Shown: one piece after another, positions 13,986 to 27,637 of the stretch | Layout: every line of letters starts with the position of its first letter | Position numbering within the stretch: position 1 is the first letter of the stretch | DNA from: Batkoa obscura | Taxonomy: Eukaryota | NCBI GenBank assembly: GCA_030770535.1 | Contig: JASVEC010000003.1 | Location: forward strand, 434,001-498,000 | Reading direction: 5' to 3' | DNA: 64,000 nucleotides | Notes under the pieces: model-generated | Databases searched by the model: none | What the model was told of the DNA's origin: nothing | What the model saw: only the letters and a program-made list of their open reading frames with translations | Program-made: the position numbers and the translations under genes

Positions 13986-14058
13986 GCCTGGCTAGCTCAA
14001 TCGGCAGAGCGTGAGACTCTTAATCTCAAGGTTGCGGGTTCGACCCCCGCGTTGGGCT
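13986..14058 (+). tRNA. tRNA-Lys(CTT)
   Basis: Cloverleaf; anticodon arm TGAGA-CTCTTAA-TCTCA; GGTTCGACCC T-arm; T-run downstream. Confidence 0.95.
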
Positions 14059-14099
14059 ACATATGAGTTTTTATTTATATTTTTATAACCAAATATAAA

Positions 14100-14196
14100 T
14101 ATGTAGTATTTTTTTTTGGTTTCATTATTTTTTCCATTTTAGAAATACTATTTGAGTGGAAAAATTATCAGTAAAGTTTAAAAAAAACATCCTTAA
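14100..14196. mobile_element. MITE family A, degenerate
   Basis: Internal similarity (TTTGGTTTCATTATTTTTCCATTTT..TATTTGAGTGGAAAAATT). Confidence 0.65.
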
Positions 14197-14220
14197 TAAT
14201 CATTTAAGCTACTTATTCAA

Positions 14221-14528
14221 ATTACAGTATTTTTTATGAAACTTTAAAGATACCCTAATCAACTGACAAATAAAATTAGAGCAAAATTTAAACTGAAGTA
14301 AACAACAATTTTATCCAAAAGTTTGTACCATATTTTATAAAATATATCAAACAAAAAAAGTTGAGCTAATTACTTCACTTAACATATTTTATGTTTTAAT
14401 TACGAATTGATCTTATAAAATGTGATGTAAAAGTTAGTTTTATTATTAAACTTCAGCTTAACTTTTACACTAATTTTGATTGCCAGTTAATTATGGCATC
14501 TTTAAAACTTTATAAAAGACAGTGCAAT
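14221..14528. mobile_element. Old foldback element with degenerate ~85-bp TIRs
   Basis: 14221..14306 aligns to the reverse complement of 14443..14528 with scattered substitutions. Confidence 0.6.
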
Positions 14529-14549
14529 ATCATAATATTTCTTAATAGT

Positions 14550-14634
14550 AATAACATAGATTTGAAGGCACGAACCGCTATGGGCAAATGGTTTGTACAC
14601 TCATAGTAGTTCATGCCTTCAAATCTATGTTATT
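14550..14634. repeat. 85-nt hairpin (mini-MITE or small-RNA precursor)
   Basis: 21-bp perfect outer stem AATAACATAGATTTGAAGGCA extending imperfectly to ~35 bp; TAGT on both flanks. Confidence 0.75.
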
Positions 14635-14903
14635 TAGTGTTAATTTTTGTTTTAACTTTCAGCTCAAGATATTTTTATTTTTTATGTTGGTTAAAGGATG
14701 ATCTAAACATCCAATAAACTTAAGTTCCTAAACCAGTAACTCATCCTAATTTTTCGAATAAAATGCAAACTTTCCCATAACATTGATCCTAAAATGAATT
14801 CCAAATAAACATTTTAAAAAAAATATCATTCTCCAAATTCAATTCTATTCAGAAAATTAGAATTATATAGAACAAATAGAAATTATAGGATTGTTGAAGA
14901 AAC

Positions 14904-17900
14904 ATGGGTAAAGGATTCCATCATCGAGCAACAACGAAACAAGTGAATAAAAAATTTAAAAGTAAACATAGTAGTAAAAATGCATTACGTGATTTAGCCA
15001 AAGGAAAAGTGAATGCTATAAAATTAACTAAAGGTAAATTAGCTGGAGATTTAAATAAATCGGATCGAAAAAATCAAAGTAAAATGCAACTAAAGAATAA
15101 ACAATTAAAATTGGATGAGTTAAATCAATTGTTTAATGGGAAATTGGGAGTGACTAAGTTAGTAGTAAGTTTGAGATGAAAAGTTTTTTTTGAGAAATGG
15201 ATATTGATTAGATTCACTTTTTAGGCAGTAGTTCCATTATGTGAAGATGTCAATAGTCTTGATTTAATTTGTAAATTATTTAATTCAAGTAAACAACAGT
15301 TACCAGAGTCATTTACATCCAGTGTTACTTTACAGTAAATATTAATTTATCATCTTGGAAATAAGAAATAAGAATATTCAAATTAATGATTTTTTTAAAT
15401 AGATCTGATATTTTAAAACATAAATTACAATTTCAAATATTACCTCGAGATTTATATACCATATTAGACGGTGTTAAAGTGGCTGATTTTGTTATTTTCA
15501 TTTTATCAGCTACTAAAGAAGTGGACCAATTTGGTGAACTTTGTATTTCTTCAATTCAAGCTCAGGGTATTCCTAATTCATTTAATTTTGTGGAGGTAAA
15601 GAGAAGTTTTTTTTATTAGGAATATTAAAGATTAAAAGATATTAATTTATTTTTTTTATATAAAAAATATAGGGCTTAAATCAAGTACCAGTCAAATCTC
15701 AACCAGATGTTAAAAAATCATTATCTAGTTTTGTTAATTATTTTTTTCCTGAAAATGATAAGGTGTTTAATGCAGAGAATGAAATGGTAATATTTTTATT
15801 TAATAATAATTTATTAAAGTTAATTACTTTAATTTATAGGAATGTTTAAGTGTATTAAGATCCATTGCTACTCAAACCCCAAAATTGATTTCATTTAGAG
15901 AAAATCATCCTTATTTGTTTGCAGATCATGTGGATTATCAAGTGGATAATAATAATCCAGTAAAATATTAATAGAATATATAAATAATACAATTAATAAT
16001 GTTGATAATTTTCGTAGGAATTTGGTACATTAGCAGTGACTGGTTTTGTACGTGGTAACAATTGGGATATTAATCGATTAGTTCATTTACAAGATTTAGG
16101 AGACTTTCAAATTAGAGCAGTAAGTTTTAATAAAATAATAGTTTTTATATTTATTTTATATTTATCTTATATTAGATTGAAACAGCTGTTAATCCATATC
16201 TTGGTGAACATACAGTAACTAATAATATTTAATAATAATAAATTAATAATTAATATTATTAATAGATTCAAACTCAAGTAGCTAATAAAATGCAATTATT
16301 GCCAAACCCTGAATTACAAGTAATTTAAAAAAATTCAATAGAAAGTAATCAATTAATATTAAAATACTTGTAGGATTCTTTAATTAATTGTAATGAACCC
16401 GATTTAATGGAAGGCGAACAAACATGGCCAACAGAACAAGAATTAAAAGAAGCAGATGAAAGAATTGAACAACTTGGATTAGATACAGAAACTAAACCAA
16501 GAACTAAAAGAGTTATTAAAGGTACTTCTTCTTATCAAGCTGCTTGGATTGTAGAATCCGAAGGTGAAGAAGAAGACTTAGAAATAGATGATGAAGAAAA
16601 TGAAGAAGAAAGTGAAGATTCAGAAGAAGAATATGAAGATATCATTGAAGAAGATGAACAAGTAGAGGATAATAATAATATTGATTTATTAACTAAAGAA
16701 GAAGATATGGAGCAGTAAGTTATTAAATATCATAATAATTTTTAAGTAATTTTATTTTTATAATTTTATTTTAGTTATAATGAATATCTTAAACAACGAG
16801 AGAATGAATTTGAAGGTAATAAAGAATTTCCAGATGAAGTAGATACTCCATTGAATACTACGGCTCGTACAAGATTTCAAAAATATAGAGGAATGCTATC
16901 TATTAGATCTTCCCCTTGGGATCCTTATGAAAATTTACCAATGGATTATTCTAGAATATTCATGATTAAAGATTATCTTCAAACTAAAAGAAAAGTAATT
17001 AAATTAGCTAATACAATTGATGAAAGTAAAGTAAAAGCAGGATCTTATGTTACAATCTATATTGATAAAGTACCTAGAAGTATTGAAAGTAAGTAATTAT
17101 TTTATCAATATAAATATTAATAAATTAAATATTAATAAATGTACTTTTATAGAAATGTATAGTAGAAATTTACCTTTTATTCTATTTGGTTTATTACAAC
17201 ATAGTAATAAAATAACATTATTAAATTATAATGTTATTCGTACTACAGAATATAAAGAAGTTATTAAATCAAAGGTAATATTTTTATAATAATAAATAAT
17301 AAATAATAAATAATAAATAATAAATAATAAATAATAAATAATAATATATATTAATAATTAATTAATTAATTTTTTAATATCAATTTAGGATCCAATATTA
17401 ATTCAAAGTGGATTTCGTCGATATAAAATTCAACCTATATTCTCTCAAAATGCAAAAAAATCGAAACCTTTAAATAATGTTTATAAAATGGAACGATTTT
17501 TACCATCAGGAGATTCGTATAATTTATCTTTTTATGGTCCCATTCAATTTTCTAATGATTCTTGTTTATTATTTAAAAAAGATATACAACAAAGTAAGTT
17601 TTTAAAATAGAATAATACTATTATTATTACTATTCTATTTTAATTTTATATTTATATTAATTTATTTATTTATTTATTATTTATTTATTTAGATATTCAA
17701 TTAGTAGCAACAGGAACATTTAAAGATTGTGATTGTAATAGAATAATAGTTAAAAGAATTATATTAACTGGTCATCCATTTAAAGTTAATCGTAAATCAG
17801 CTGTAGTTAGATTTATGTTTTTTAATAAAGAAGATATTGCCTGGTTTAAACCAGTTCAACTAATCACTAAGTTTGGTCGACTTGGACATATTAAGGATTC

Positions 17901-18131
17901 CATTGGTAAGTTTTTAAAATTTATTGTTTTAGATTATGTTTAAACAATGTTATTATGTTTCATATTATGTTAGTATTAATATTAATAATTACTTTTATTT
18001 TAGGTACTCATGGACATATGAAATGTGTATTTAATAATCCAATCAAACAGCATGACACTGTTTGTCTTTATCTTTATAAAAGAATTTTCCCCAAATGGGA
18101 TACTCAATTATTTAATCGTTTACAAGGTTAA
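14904..18131 (+). CDS. TSR1: Pre-40S biogenesis factor Tsr1; about 13 introns
   Basis: [69 protein letters not shown]. Confidence 0.95.
17290..17343. repeat. (AATAAAT)n repeat in a TSR1 intron
   Basis: Directly visible tandem repeat. Confidence 0.85.
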
Positions 18132-18185
18132 ATGATAATATTATTAAAGTTATAATTATATAGAAAATAGATTATTATATTGTTA

Positions 18186-18216
<31 letters not shown>

Positions 18217-18395
18217 TATTTTTATTTTTATATTTATTTATTTAAAATTTTATTACTGGATTTTTTAGTTGATGTAAAATAGAAAAGTTGTTAGATTTAA
18301 AAATTGTAAAAGAAAAAAAACAATTTAAAAAAAAGTTTAAGAGTGGCTTATTTTTTTTAATTCTTTTAGCATAACTCAACGATTATAAAGAAATA

Positions 18396-19263
18396 ATGGG
18401 TTGGATTAATAATAGTGCCATTATTTATAATACATATCAAGATTTAATTTTATTAGAAAAAAAACATAATCAAGAACAACCTACTTCGTCTGATTTACAA
18501 CCTAATACACCTATCAATACTAAACCTAATATCCCCGAGATTAACATCACTGATGAATCGGGGATTTCAATATCAATTTCCCGTTCACGTAGTAATAGTA
18601 TTGGTACTTTTAATGTCAAATCTACTATTACTTCCCCATTACAACAGAATTTTCATTTAACACAAGATAATAAACCATATAATAAATTAAATCATTCAAT
18701 ACCTAAAGATAAAGGTATATTAAGTTTACACTTAGCTCCAAATAAAGAATATTTTGTATGTATTACTCATAGTTCAGTGGAATTGTGGGTGAATAAAGTA
18801 AATTTTTTAATTGATTGATTAATTTAATGTTTGAGATTTATGATTTTAAATAGCCCACTATATTGGTAGCTCAAATTATACGTACCGAAGATTCTTTAGT
18901 TACTCAAGGAGGGAATGTAGATATTAGTTGGAAAAAAGAAAGTAATGCATTTTGTGTATTTGTAAGTCTTTATTGTTTAATTATAATATTATGATTTATT
19001 TGTTTCAATTGATATTAATATTTCTTATTTTTTATAGACAACTAAAGGATATATTTATTTTTATGATATCACTAATAAATTAATCAATAAATCCAATAAT
19101 CGACAAAATTATTACCCTTTAAATCAAGATATTTCCAATCAATTAAATAGTTTTGATATTATTAATAATAATAACTGTTGGTTAAGAAATCCAAATAAAT
19201 ATTTTGATTTAAAAATTAATATAATTATATTTGTTGAAGCTGGGATTAGATGGTAAGTTAGTA

Positions 19264-19341
<78 letters not shown>

Positions 19342-20065
19342 TTAATTTAATAATGTAATTATGTTTATATTTATATTATTTAATATTATGTGTCATTAAT
19401 AATATTATTTATTTTAGTTTAATGTGTTTAAATGACGAAATATTAGTATCAACAGAAAGAAATCCATCCCTTAATTCTTATGGTTGGAAAGAGAAAGTAT
19501 TATTATCTTCTTTACATTTGGCTTATGATACTAAATTCTTAATTAATTCAAATGGTAATTTATAATATAACATATAATTTATAATATTAATATTTATTTA
19601 ATTTTATTTTAGTAATGATTAATGAAATTAATTATGATAATTACCAAAATCTATTTTTATTTTTAACTTCGGATGGTTCAGTTTATTTAACTAAAAGAAA
19701 AGTTGAATTAAGTATTGTAAGTCAATCATCATTATAATTGAATCATCATCAAATCATTAATTAATAGTTTGCTACTGGATCACCTTATGAATGGAATGGT
19801 GTACCATGTCATTTATGTGATGGTACTATTGATAGTTATGCTATTCATTTAGCAGTTAATATTAATTATTATCTGGTTGCTGTAGCTATGAAAAAGTAAG
19901 TATTATAATATATAATATACAATATATATTAACATAATATGTTTAGTAATCAAATTTTTATTTATAATTATACAAAAAATGGCAATTCTGTTAAATTAAG
20001 TTATAAGATTCAAGTAAATAGTAAAAGTAAGTAATTAATTTAATTTTGTATTTTTTATATTAATT

Positions 20066-20104
<39 letters not shown>

Positions 20105-21383
20105 TAGTTAACTGTATTAATTGGTCTGAAAATGGGCAAATATTAGCAGTAGGTACATTGAATAAGGGATTGATAATTTATCATTTATTTAATGATATAC
20201 CCTCATTTGTGGCTAATAATGGAAAACATGGATTTGGGTTAAAGTAATATAAATTAAGTTAAGATAATGATGTAATGAGTTATTTAATAAATTTTTTTAT
20301 AGCTCAATTACAGATGATGATCCATTTTCAGATGTTGTTCATTGGATGGTAAATTAATATCATTATAATATAATAACAAATTAATAATAAATTAATATAA
20401 TATTATTATTGTTAGAGATGGAATAGTAATGATAATGAATTATTGATTATATCGAATAAAAATGAAGAGACAAGTAAACATATTTGATAATAATAATAAA
20501 TTAATTTACTAAATAATTGATTTAATTTAATATTATTTAACTATTTTAATAGAAGGCAAAATTTATAGTTTAAATTTTGAATTATTAAATAGTATGAATT
20601 ATCATACAGATAATAATATTAAGTTTCCAATATTATTTGATAATAATCAAATTAAAATGCAATTTTTTGAACAAACGGAATTAGGTTCTATTAATCCCAA
20701 TGCATTAGCACATGTTTCTCAAGTAAGATTATTCCTTTTTAATAATATTAGTATTAATAATATTAATAATATTTTAATTTAGATACCTTTGATTTATGCT
20801 ATGGATAATTTTCCTATTAAAGTAATTCAACTTATTATATTTGATTATTTCTAATTTTTAATTTTTAATTTTTAATTTTTAATTTTAGTTTGTTAGTGCC
20901 AATAAAGATGGTACTCATATTGCTATTGCTGGTCAACATGGATTAGCTCATTATTCTTTAATATCTAAGAAATGGAAATGGTTTAATCAACATAATCAAG
21001 TAATGTTAAATTATTAATAGAATTATAATATATTAATATATTAATATTAATAAATAATTTTAGGAACAATCTATAATTTGTTTAGGAGGTATAATTTGGT
21101 TTAAGCAATCAATTATAATTGGATGTAAAATTAATGACCATAAAAAATATATGGTAAATTAATAATACTAATATATTATTATTAATACATTTATTAACAT
21201 TTTAATATTTTAAATAGATTAAATCATTCCCAAGAGAAAAAAATTTAGATATAACTAATGTTAGTTATTCAATTGAATTAAATGAAGAACCCATTTATTT
21301 AAATTTAGTTAATCAATTTTTATTAGTTTATACAAAAGATAATATTTTAAATTTTTTTGAAGTATTTTCGGATTCAAATGGTA

Positions 21384-21435
<52 letters not shown>

Positions 21436-22965
21436 CTATAATTTTGTTTATTTATTATTGTATTTTAGGTAGAGTTAATAATATGATACCCGTACATAAA
21501 ATATCATTAGAAGGGGTAGTCAAATCACCAGAAATAGTTAAAGGAGTATCTTGGTTTCCAGGGAATATTAGAGAATCATTTCCAAAAATGTTAATATTAA
21601 TAGCGGGTACATTATTAATGTTTACACCCGAAATAGTAATTTCAATTAATTTATTTTTTATATCTAATATTTATTTAATATTTAATATAATAATAGCAAG
21701 ATAATTCTAATCAAACAAGATATAAAATAACAACGATATGTGAAAAAGTCAATTATTTTCAATTATTAGATTTACCATTAGCAGGAGTTCATTTTACTTT
21801 ATGGGCTTATAGTGAAGGAGAAATTAAACTATGGTATTATTTACCTGAAGTACCTTATTATTATGATAATATAATGGAAGATGAAGATTTTGAAGAAACA
21901 AAAACATTAAAACCAGAAATTGTTAATGAGTTTCGATATTGTTTAAGTTATAAAGTACCATTTTATGTAATTCAATTAGATATTAAACAAGGCTTAATAT
22001 TTGGTATTGAACAAAATATGAATCAAAGTAGTAATATACCAGGACTTCAATTTATAATTAATTATAAATCACAAATATTATTTTATAAATTAATAGATGA
22101 GTTAATAATGAATAATTTAGATCAAGAAGCTTATTTGTATTGTTTAAGTTATGAAACATTACCTTATTTTAGTTTTGGTTTAGAAATCTTTTTACATGAT
22201 GTATTAGTTAGAGAAGCTGAACAATCAACAAATAATAAAATTAAAATTCAATTAGACGATGAAAATGAAACATTAGCTTCAGATACAGCTATGTTACCTA
22301 AAGTAGTTAATTTAATTAAACAATTTGTTCATTATCCACAAATTATAGTATCTTGTGCTAGAAAAATAGAAATTGCTTTATGGGATCATTTATTTCAAAT
22401 TGTGGGCTCACCTATTTTATTATTTAATCATTGTATTAATACAAATCAATTAAAAGTTGCTGCTTCTTATTTAATAATTCTACATACCATGGAAAAAGAA
22501 GAAGTATCTTTTAATGCTACAAGCAAATTAATTCATTTATTAGTTCGATATCAAGAAATGAATTTATTTCATCAAGTATTAAAATTTGTATTAAAAATTC
22601 ATGGGACTAAAGATATCAAGTTTTTAAATAAATATTTGGCTTTTGATTTAGATGTGTTAATGCAAAATAAAGATGATAAAGATAATATGTTTCATGAATC
22701 TCCCACTGATTTATCCCCACAACTGGAAGCTATTAAGATGGAGGAAAATGCAAATGGTTTGGAAGCGATCAAGACAGAAGATGGAGTAATTGAACTAAGT
22801 GAAAATGAAAAATTGGAGTTGATTGAAAAAAAGGAATTAGATTTGTTTTATGAAGAAGAAGAAGAAGAAGAAGAAGAAGAACAAAAGAAAATGAATAATA
22901 AGGTTATGGAAACAAAAATGAATGATAGTAAAAGAAGAGAGGTAGAAGGAGATGATAGTAAATAA
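18396..22965 (+). CDS. RIC1: Ric1, Ypt6/Rab6 GEF subunit; about 16 introns
   Basis: MGW start; WD-like exons (IAIAGQHGLAHYS..KKWKWF); C-terminal RIC1 motifs LEIFLHDVL, CARKIEIALWDHLF..GSP, AASYLIIL. Confidence 0.88.
19266..19341. repeat. (TAA)n microsatellite in a RIC1 intron
   Basis: About 25 perfect units. Confidence 0.95.
21388..21433. repeat. (TAT)n microsatellite in a RIC1 intron
   Basis: Lies between the GT donor at 21381 and the AG at ~21468. Confidence 0.9.
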
Positions 22966-24403
22966 GTATGAATTTTAATACTGTATAGTTTAATTTGATC
23001 GATTGAAATAAAAAATATATATTTTTATTTATCATAATACCAGCATCTTTTGGTTTTTTTGATTATTTGAATAATTGAATTAATTTATATAATGTAAATA
23101 AATGCATATTCTTATAAAATTTCATCGAAAAATATTTATTGTTAACTGCTTTATAGCCAACATCACAGATTTGCTATCAAATAAATAAATAATTTCAATG
23201 CTATAATTACGTTATTAATATATTACTAAGTTAATAAATAGCTGTATGGGAGGAAGTGGTTAGCCCTAAAACTATAATTAACTATCTTTATATAATATAA
23301 TAGTTTCTATTTATTATTATGATTACTTGCTTTTTGATTATTTATTGACTTAGCTATTAATAACTTAAATAATATTAATATTTAGTAATTTATTTCTATT
23401 ATTTAATAAACTATTTACTTAATAAATATTGAAGCTTTTAAATTTTCTGCTATTTTTATAAAATAAACTGGGGTTGATTTTTTAATCTTCCTATTTTTTA
23501 TAAACTTTATAACTTTAGTTAGAGTTATATCACTTTTTTATATATATCAGGTACTGGATAATGATCTATTTTATTATTATGTTTAACAAAATGTAAATAC
23601 TTTTCAATACCTTGTATTTATCAATTTTTTTGTATTTTTATATTTTTGTTTCTTTTATGAACTACATCTGTTTTCCTATTATTAATAATTAAGTTATTAA
23701 TTTTATTATGTTCACGAATAAAAATCTCAAATTTTGAAATTAATTAACTAATATCTTTTATTTTATTTAATGCTTTAAAACTATTTTTCTATTATGAAAG
23801 ATTTCCAATATGTTTATTAATTATACTTTTTCTATGATCCTCAGCAAAAAAATTAAGATCAATATTTGAACTATTACTTATTTTATAAATTCCTTCAAAT
23901 ATATAATGTAAAAACACTTGAGATTTAAAATAATTTCCTGTATTTGCTTATATATCAATTTTTATAAACTTTTTAAACAAAAGCTTTTTAGATATTGAAT
24001 TAATTAAACAGTCTCATGCATATGCTGAATCATAATTTAATATTTCAGATAAATAATCAAAATAAACTTTACCTATTGTTTTATCATTTTTTAAATATAA
24101 AACACCAAACTTTAATACTGATATAGTTTATTTATTATAATGATTTAAATTTATCAGATCTAATCTTATTTTTATATTTTATTGGAAATTTAAAATTATA
24201 TAACTTTTATTAAATATGTTTTTTGAATATTAATACAAAATCTATATAATTTATATAACTTTTTTTTAAAAGATTTTTTATCTCTGGTTTATTTTTTATT
24301 GCTGTATTATTTTATTTTCAGATAACTTTTTTCTAACTGTATACTAGGCATATATATTGTATAAATCTGTTTTTTTTGCCGCATTTTTAAAATTACTTGA
24401 CAT

Positions 24404-25418
24404 TGTAAAATATTATTTATCAGCTTTATAATTAATTATAACATAATAATCACTTAATTTGTTTATGAAATTAATTACAGTTTTACAATTTCACAATTAA
24501 TCTAACTATAATTTATATGGTATAATCAATTTAAAGTCTTTTATTTTGGTTTGCTGTGAGAATATCTGCTAAATTGCAAAAACTTTACTTTTTTATTTTG
24601 ATATCCATATTTAGCAATTATAAAAAATCATAATTATAGTTATATTTTTTATATACAACCACCCAGTTAAAGTATAATTCTTTTTCCAGCATAATAACTT
24701 AAAGCTTTTTAATTAAGTTATTTTTTAATATTATATTTTTAATAAAGCTCTTAAGTCTTATAGTATTTTACATAGATTTTATAGTAATATCTTTTATTTT
24801 GTTTGTTTTATATAGTTTATAGTTTATTGTATGCTATTTTTATTAATTTAGGCTTATCTTAGTTATATAAACTAAGACTTTTTAACTTACAGCTAGTTAA
24901 TTAAGCAAAAATTGCTTTTAATATTAATTACTGTGAAAGTTGGTACTCAGTGGTAGGAGTTAAAGGCAGTTCTTGATTGATTAGCTTGCCTTGAATCGAA
25001 CGATCTTAGTTTATGTAGCTAACATAGACTTAAATTAGTGAGAATGGTGCGCAATAGGCTATGAACTATGTAAAACAAATATAATAGACAATACTACTGT
25101 AAAATCTATGTAAGATATTGTCAGAAAGACTTAGTGGCTTTATTAATGGTACGACATTAGTGAACAATTCAATTAAAAAGCCTCGAGTTATCATGTTGAA
25201 GAATCTCTTTTATACTCCAACAAGTACGAATATCAAAACGAGAGGATAATATTGTTTGCAATGTGAAGTTAGAAATTCCCACAACAAATTAAAATAAGGA
25301 ACTCTGAGTTGATTGTGCTTGAACTTGAGAACACAACAACTTAAATGATTGATTATGTTGTAATCAATCCGAGAGCTGATAAACCAATATTTCATATTAC
25401 TAAGTACTAACTTCTATA
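24404..25418 (-). mobile_element. Old degenerate solo LTR (same family), split by copy 4
   Basis: Reverse complement aligns to the copy 2 subtype with many transitions; flanks ACAT/ATAT. Confidence 0.8.
24932..25396 (+). mobile_element. Solo LTR, copy 4
   Basis: TGTGAAA..TTTCATA; TTAC on both flanks. Confidence 0.85.
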
Positions 25419-25585
25419 ATATATATTTGAAAAATATTTACTTAGCTACTGCTTTGTTTTTTAAAGTATTAAAATATTTACTATATATTATTTTTTTGCT
25501 CTTATTTAACATATATATCATCTGATAAATATTTATTATTTTTATTAAATTTTGATAAAATAGCTGAATTGCTAAGTAAATATTA

Positions 25586-25680
25586 GGAGGTGTTTTTTTT
25601 GGCTTCATTATTTTTTCCATTTTTGAGCGCTATTTGAGCGGGAAAATTGTTAGTGAAATTCTTAAAAAAAATACATCCCC
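25586..25680. mobile_element. MITE family A
   Basis: ATTA on both flanks. Confidence 0.8.
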
Positions 25681-25870
25681 ATTACATAGTTTTTTTAATT
25701 TGCTTATTTTTAATTTATATATATTTTTTTAATAATAGGCTATAATGTTAATATTTTATTGCTATTAATTATTTTGGAATAATTATATTGGTTCCTATTT
25801 ATATTAAATTTAAGAATTTTATATTCATTAAAAAAACATCACAAAGTTATAGTTAATAATAATGCTACTT

Positions 25871-25965
25871 AGGGATGTATTTTTTTATTTAATAATCTTA
25901 CTAACACTTTCCGCTCAAATAGCGCTCAAAAAATGGAAAAAGTAATGAAACCAAAAAAACATCTC
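25871..25965. mobile_element. MITE family A
   Basis: ACTT on both flanks. Confidence 0.8.
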
Positions 25966-26330
25966 CACTTATTAGTTTTTGTTTCCTGTTTTTTTAAGCT
26001 ATTAATTCTATATATTGCCTGATTAAGTTTATTATTATTAATAATAAACTTTAATAATTTTTTATCTTTATTTTTATTTTTATTTTTATTTTTATTTTTA
26101 TTTTTCTATTATAAAATTTTATGAACTCTGCGTTATAAATAATTATTAGAATTAGTGTAAATGAACTATAGTGTTTATATAACGAATTTTTCCCTATTAT
26201 ATTAAAATTTTAAAAAGATTCATTTTAAAGTTCAATTATAAAAGCTTGTATTTGTTCTTATTTTAACAAAGAATAAAATGAAATAATTATATATTTATTA
26301 AACATTTAATAAAAATAATATAAAACATAT

Positions 26331-26429
26331 GGGGATGTATTTTTTTGTTTAAAAACTTTACTAATAATAATTATATTTAAATAATGCTTGAAAAATGGAA
26401 GAAGTAGTAAAATAGAATAAAACACCTCT
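26331..26429. mobile_element. MITE family A, degenerate
   Basis: GGGGATGTAT start; ATAT flanks. Confidence 0.7.
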
Positions 26430-27637
26430 ATATTTTAATTTATTTTAATTAGTAATTTTTATTTATTTTGTCGCTTATTTATTTTATCACTATTTAATAA
26501 AAAAATTTATATTCTTAAATAAAATAAAACAAAACTTGAATTTTCGCTCACAACCTTGATTTTATCAAACTTAGGTATATATATATATTTATGCATCTAT
26601 AAACTAATTTGCCTATAAATCATAGAATATCTCAACTTTGATCCTTGTTATTATCCAAGGTTCAATTTTCTCACTATCATAATATCTTATACTGAATGAA
26701 TGTTTTACTAATGAGCTTTTTTAGCTACACCATCTTCAATTTCACTATTATGTTTTTGTTTATTTATTAACAAAACAACTAATTTTTTTTAAAACCTTAA
26801 AGGGGTAATGGGACCTAAGTGTCTTTATTTCTGAGAGTTAAAAAATTGGACAAAAGAGCAGAAAATAAAAAAAGTGAAGGAGTAAGATAATTATACTACA
26901 CTTCAAGAAAAGGTTCTAAAATAAAGCAATCAGCTTCTGATATAAAGAGAACGTGAAATGTCGAGGTAAATTCAGATTGGTATAGAGCTTTTTATATATC
27001 AAAAAGAGAAAAACGTGTAAAAAAAGAGCTGAGATATTTTTAGAAAAAAACTTGGTAGAAAGGAGATAGTATGTACATGAACAGGATAATTGAGAATATA
27101 GGGCTTTATTTACCCTTATTTTGTTTTTAAATTTAACTACAAATTATTGAAATTATACAATACAGTTTGGATTATAAAAATTGGTTATTTATTTTCCTTT
27201 ACGTCCATAAACTTAGGTTAAAACAACTATCCTTGTCTGACTTCTCTCGTGGCTATCATTGATAGATTTTTTATTAAATAAAAATATAATGTCAAAGACA
27301 TTGAATTGGAAAAAAAAAGTACAACTAGAAAAGTTGATATAATAAGATAAGATAAAATAAAATTGACATAACGAAATAAAGTTAAAATAACAAAATAAGA
27401 ATATTTAAAAAGTACAAATTAAAACCTTAAAATTCAATAATCTTAAATTTAATAAAGCTCTATTTCGTAATTTAATTTATAAAACTTTAACTAAATGTCA
27501 ATTATTTTAATATTAATATATATCTAATGAATTAATAAATTATTTATTTACTTTAATAGTGTTTTTTAAATAAAGTTAAAATTAGCTACTGATGCAATTA
27601 AACATTAAAACTGTTGATATCACACATTAGTGCAGCT

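Larger units (their letters stand above)
23400..25570 (-). pseudogene. Fossil DDD transposase (Sola-like), interrupted by nested LTRs
   Basis: Minus-strand motifs in order: KKTDLYNIY, ILNFQ*NIK, YFDYLSEILNYD, I*ANTGNYFKS, NFFAEDHRKSIINKHIG, IQGIEKYLHF. Boundaries approximate. Confidence 0.65.

Noticed and set aside
21357..21704. Poly-tyrosine ORF
   Set aside because: The Tyr run is an intronic (TAT)n microsatellite within RIC1.
26800..27118. Possible element with AGGGGTAA..TTACCCT ends
   Set aside because: TIRs are short and imperfect, there is a single copy and no clear TSD.
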